Shown here: positions 62,242 to 64,000 of the stretch, piece after piece | Numbering within the stretch: position 1 is the first letter of the stretch | How the letters are laid out: each line of letters starts with the position of its first letter | Origin: Stylophora pistillata | Lineage: Eukaryota | Assembly (NCBI RefSeq): GCF_002571385.2 | Contig: NW_019217784.1 | Coordinates: 242,529-306,528, forward strand | Reading direction: 5' to 3' | DNA: 64,000 nucleotides | Position numbers and translations under genes: made by a program | Notes under the pieces: model-generated | The model's input: only the letters and a program-made list of their open reading frames with translations | Told to the model about the DNA's origin: nothing | Database searches by the model: none

Positions 62242-64000
62242 TCAGTCGACGATAAATGTGCCAACCTCTAAACACCGGCAGCCACACCCAGTCGGGCAGA
62301 CGTCCATTGTTTCGAACCACGTCATAAGATGGTATGTATGCCCGCCATGACCGCACGCCACACAGAAATTACTGGCGCCTTCAGAAACAAAAGAGAAAAC
62401 AACATATCACAATCAAGGATTCCTGATCGCATGGATAAAATTCTATTTGTAGACAATCTATTTATCAGTGTTTTTTTTTTTTTTGGGACTGTCCTTGATA
62501 TTCTTTTCTCCCCCAAAAAGAAAGTCGAGCTGACAGTCCTTAAAGACTCTAAAAAGGAGAATCGTGACCACTACTCGTATCTTTAAGGGGTTGAATTGTT
62601 GATTTAATTTGAAATATAATTCCTCTTAGAATTTCTTTCGTATTTACCATGGCTGCGCTGCACATGGAAGACACGACTCACGCGCACGAAGGAAAGGCTA
62701 TTGCACAAGGAGAGAGACGTACGAGGGCGGAGAAACGCGTGCCGTTTGACTCCAGGAAACTTAGAACAGGGATTTTGAGACGACTGGTACAAGAGTGAGA
62801 CTACTTCTGGCCCATTTTAACATCAAACAATAATATGGAGAGCCCTTGTTCAGTATTTGACAAAAAAAACGCACAAACAAAGCGCCAGGAAAAAGAAACA
62901 CCAAAATAAGGCACAAAGTCCTCGAGATGAAAAGCGGAAACAGTACGAAAGATTGTCGGTGAGTTTAGCGATTTCTTCTTTCATTTTCATGATAAAAACA
63001 AATTATCTTGCAATAATATGGAGAGCCCTTGTTCAGTATTTGACAAAAAAACGCACAAACAAAGCGCCAGGAAAAAGAAACACCAAAATAAGGCCCTTGT
63101 TAAAAAGTCTATGTTTTAGCTACCTCCTGTACATCCTAATATTTCAGTAATGCTACACTTGAACAAGGCATCACATCAGGAAACCGATGAAAAGGACTTG
63201 GTATCCGTCAAGGTCACGTTAGTCACGCACACGTCTTACACACATTACACAATCATCATCGCGGTATTTAACCGACTGTCAGTAAAATCCCCTTTACCTT
63301 ACCTCTAACAGCCACATGACATATAACGCACTGAAAACCCAGCGCTTTGCAAGTGCCACACTGAGCTCCACGAAACATCTGAGGACAGTTGTAACAGCGG
63401 GTACTGAATTCTACGACCGAAAAGACAAAAAATATCATCAAAATGATATTTAATGATTTAACTATATCGTTTTCATGCAATTCCGCTTGCGAAGCGCGTT
63501 AGCAAAGCCTCATGTCTAAGAAAAATGGCATCTCGCCGAGTCAAGAAGAAACGTAAGTTAGCAAATATGCTACCAGCGGGGAATAAAATAAAGAGCCGTA
63601 AAATGAGCTCACTACAACTCCGCTTCCACTAAAACAGGGTTGCCACTCATAAGAACCCAAAAAATTCCCTGACTTTTCACTGACCTCAAAACATTTTTCA
63701 CTGACCTTGAATTAAATTAATTATCAAACAGGCCAAATCCACTTTTACATTTCTCCATCGCTTTTAAGCTTTCTATCCGATTTCCTACACTCGATCGCCT
63801 ACTTCACAAACCTTTGTGGAACCCTCAAAACAAAATTCCCTGACTTTTCACTGACGTTTTGCAAAATTCCTTGACTTTTCCATGACCTTGAAAAATTTTT
63901 GTTTTTCCCTGACTCTTCCCTGACCGTGGCAACCCTGTAAAAGGCTTGGCTAAATCTTTACGCTACCGAGACCAAAAAATACCCCTGGTCACTCACCTAC
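62242..64000 (-). CDS. WDR59: 3' end of GATOR2 subunit WDR59 (C-terminal ZnF/RING); exons ending at 63997 (partial), 63410-63303, 62378-62242; gene continues beyond the window
   Basis: Spliced peptide (V)EFSTRCYNCPQMFRGAQCGTCKALGFQCVICHVAVRGASNFCVACGHGGHTYHLMTWFETMDVCPTGCGCRCLEVGTFIVD* matches the WDR59/Sea3 C-terminal motif. Both introns are phase 1; donor GTGAGT at 63996-63991. Confidence 0.88.
63635..63937. mobile_element. hAT-like MITE with a 5-bp TSD (hAT5-like) in a WDR59 intron
   Basis: Perfect 12-bp TIR CAGGGTTGCCAC / GTGGCAACCCTG; TAAAA at 63630-63634 and 63938-63942; internal TTCCCTGACTTTTCACTGAC repeats. Confidence 0.8.

Overview
Eukaryotic (animal) genomic DNA. The gene sequences and repeat families suggest a cnidarian, probably a stony coral (inference). 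It is AT-rich, has GT-AG introns and contains one assembly gap (29347-29842). I assembled six spliced genes by hand, with splice phases checked: a 2xMYND+DUF4470-like gene (-, one frameshift); NOP9 (-, 7 exons); a 19-exon Venus kinase receptor (VKR)-like receptor tyrosine kinase (+), head-to-head with NOP9; DHX33 (+); G-alpha-o (-); and the 3' end of WDR59 (-). The main points of interest are: (i) the receptor has two tandem ligand-binding modules, a bacterial ProX/OpuAC (betaine-binding)-like domain followed by a GABA-B-like Venus flytrap; (ii) a same-strand, intronless 1686-aa orphan ORF with hierarchical repeats is nested in the intron between the transmembrane and kinase exons; (iii) a strong-context uORF overlaps the receptor start codon; (iv) a 74-bp-arm palindrome built from a minimal hammerhead-ribozyme repeat lies in a receptor intron; (v) a diverse set of TEs (IS3EU-like element with a Penelope-like fragment, 5-bp-TSD hAT-like MITEs, Kolobok-like, Harbinger-like, piggyBac-like, SINEs). 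No database searches were run; family calls come from recognising motifs by eye.
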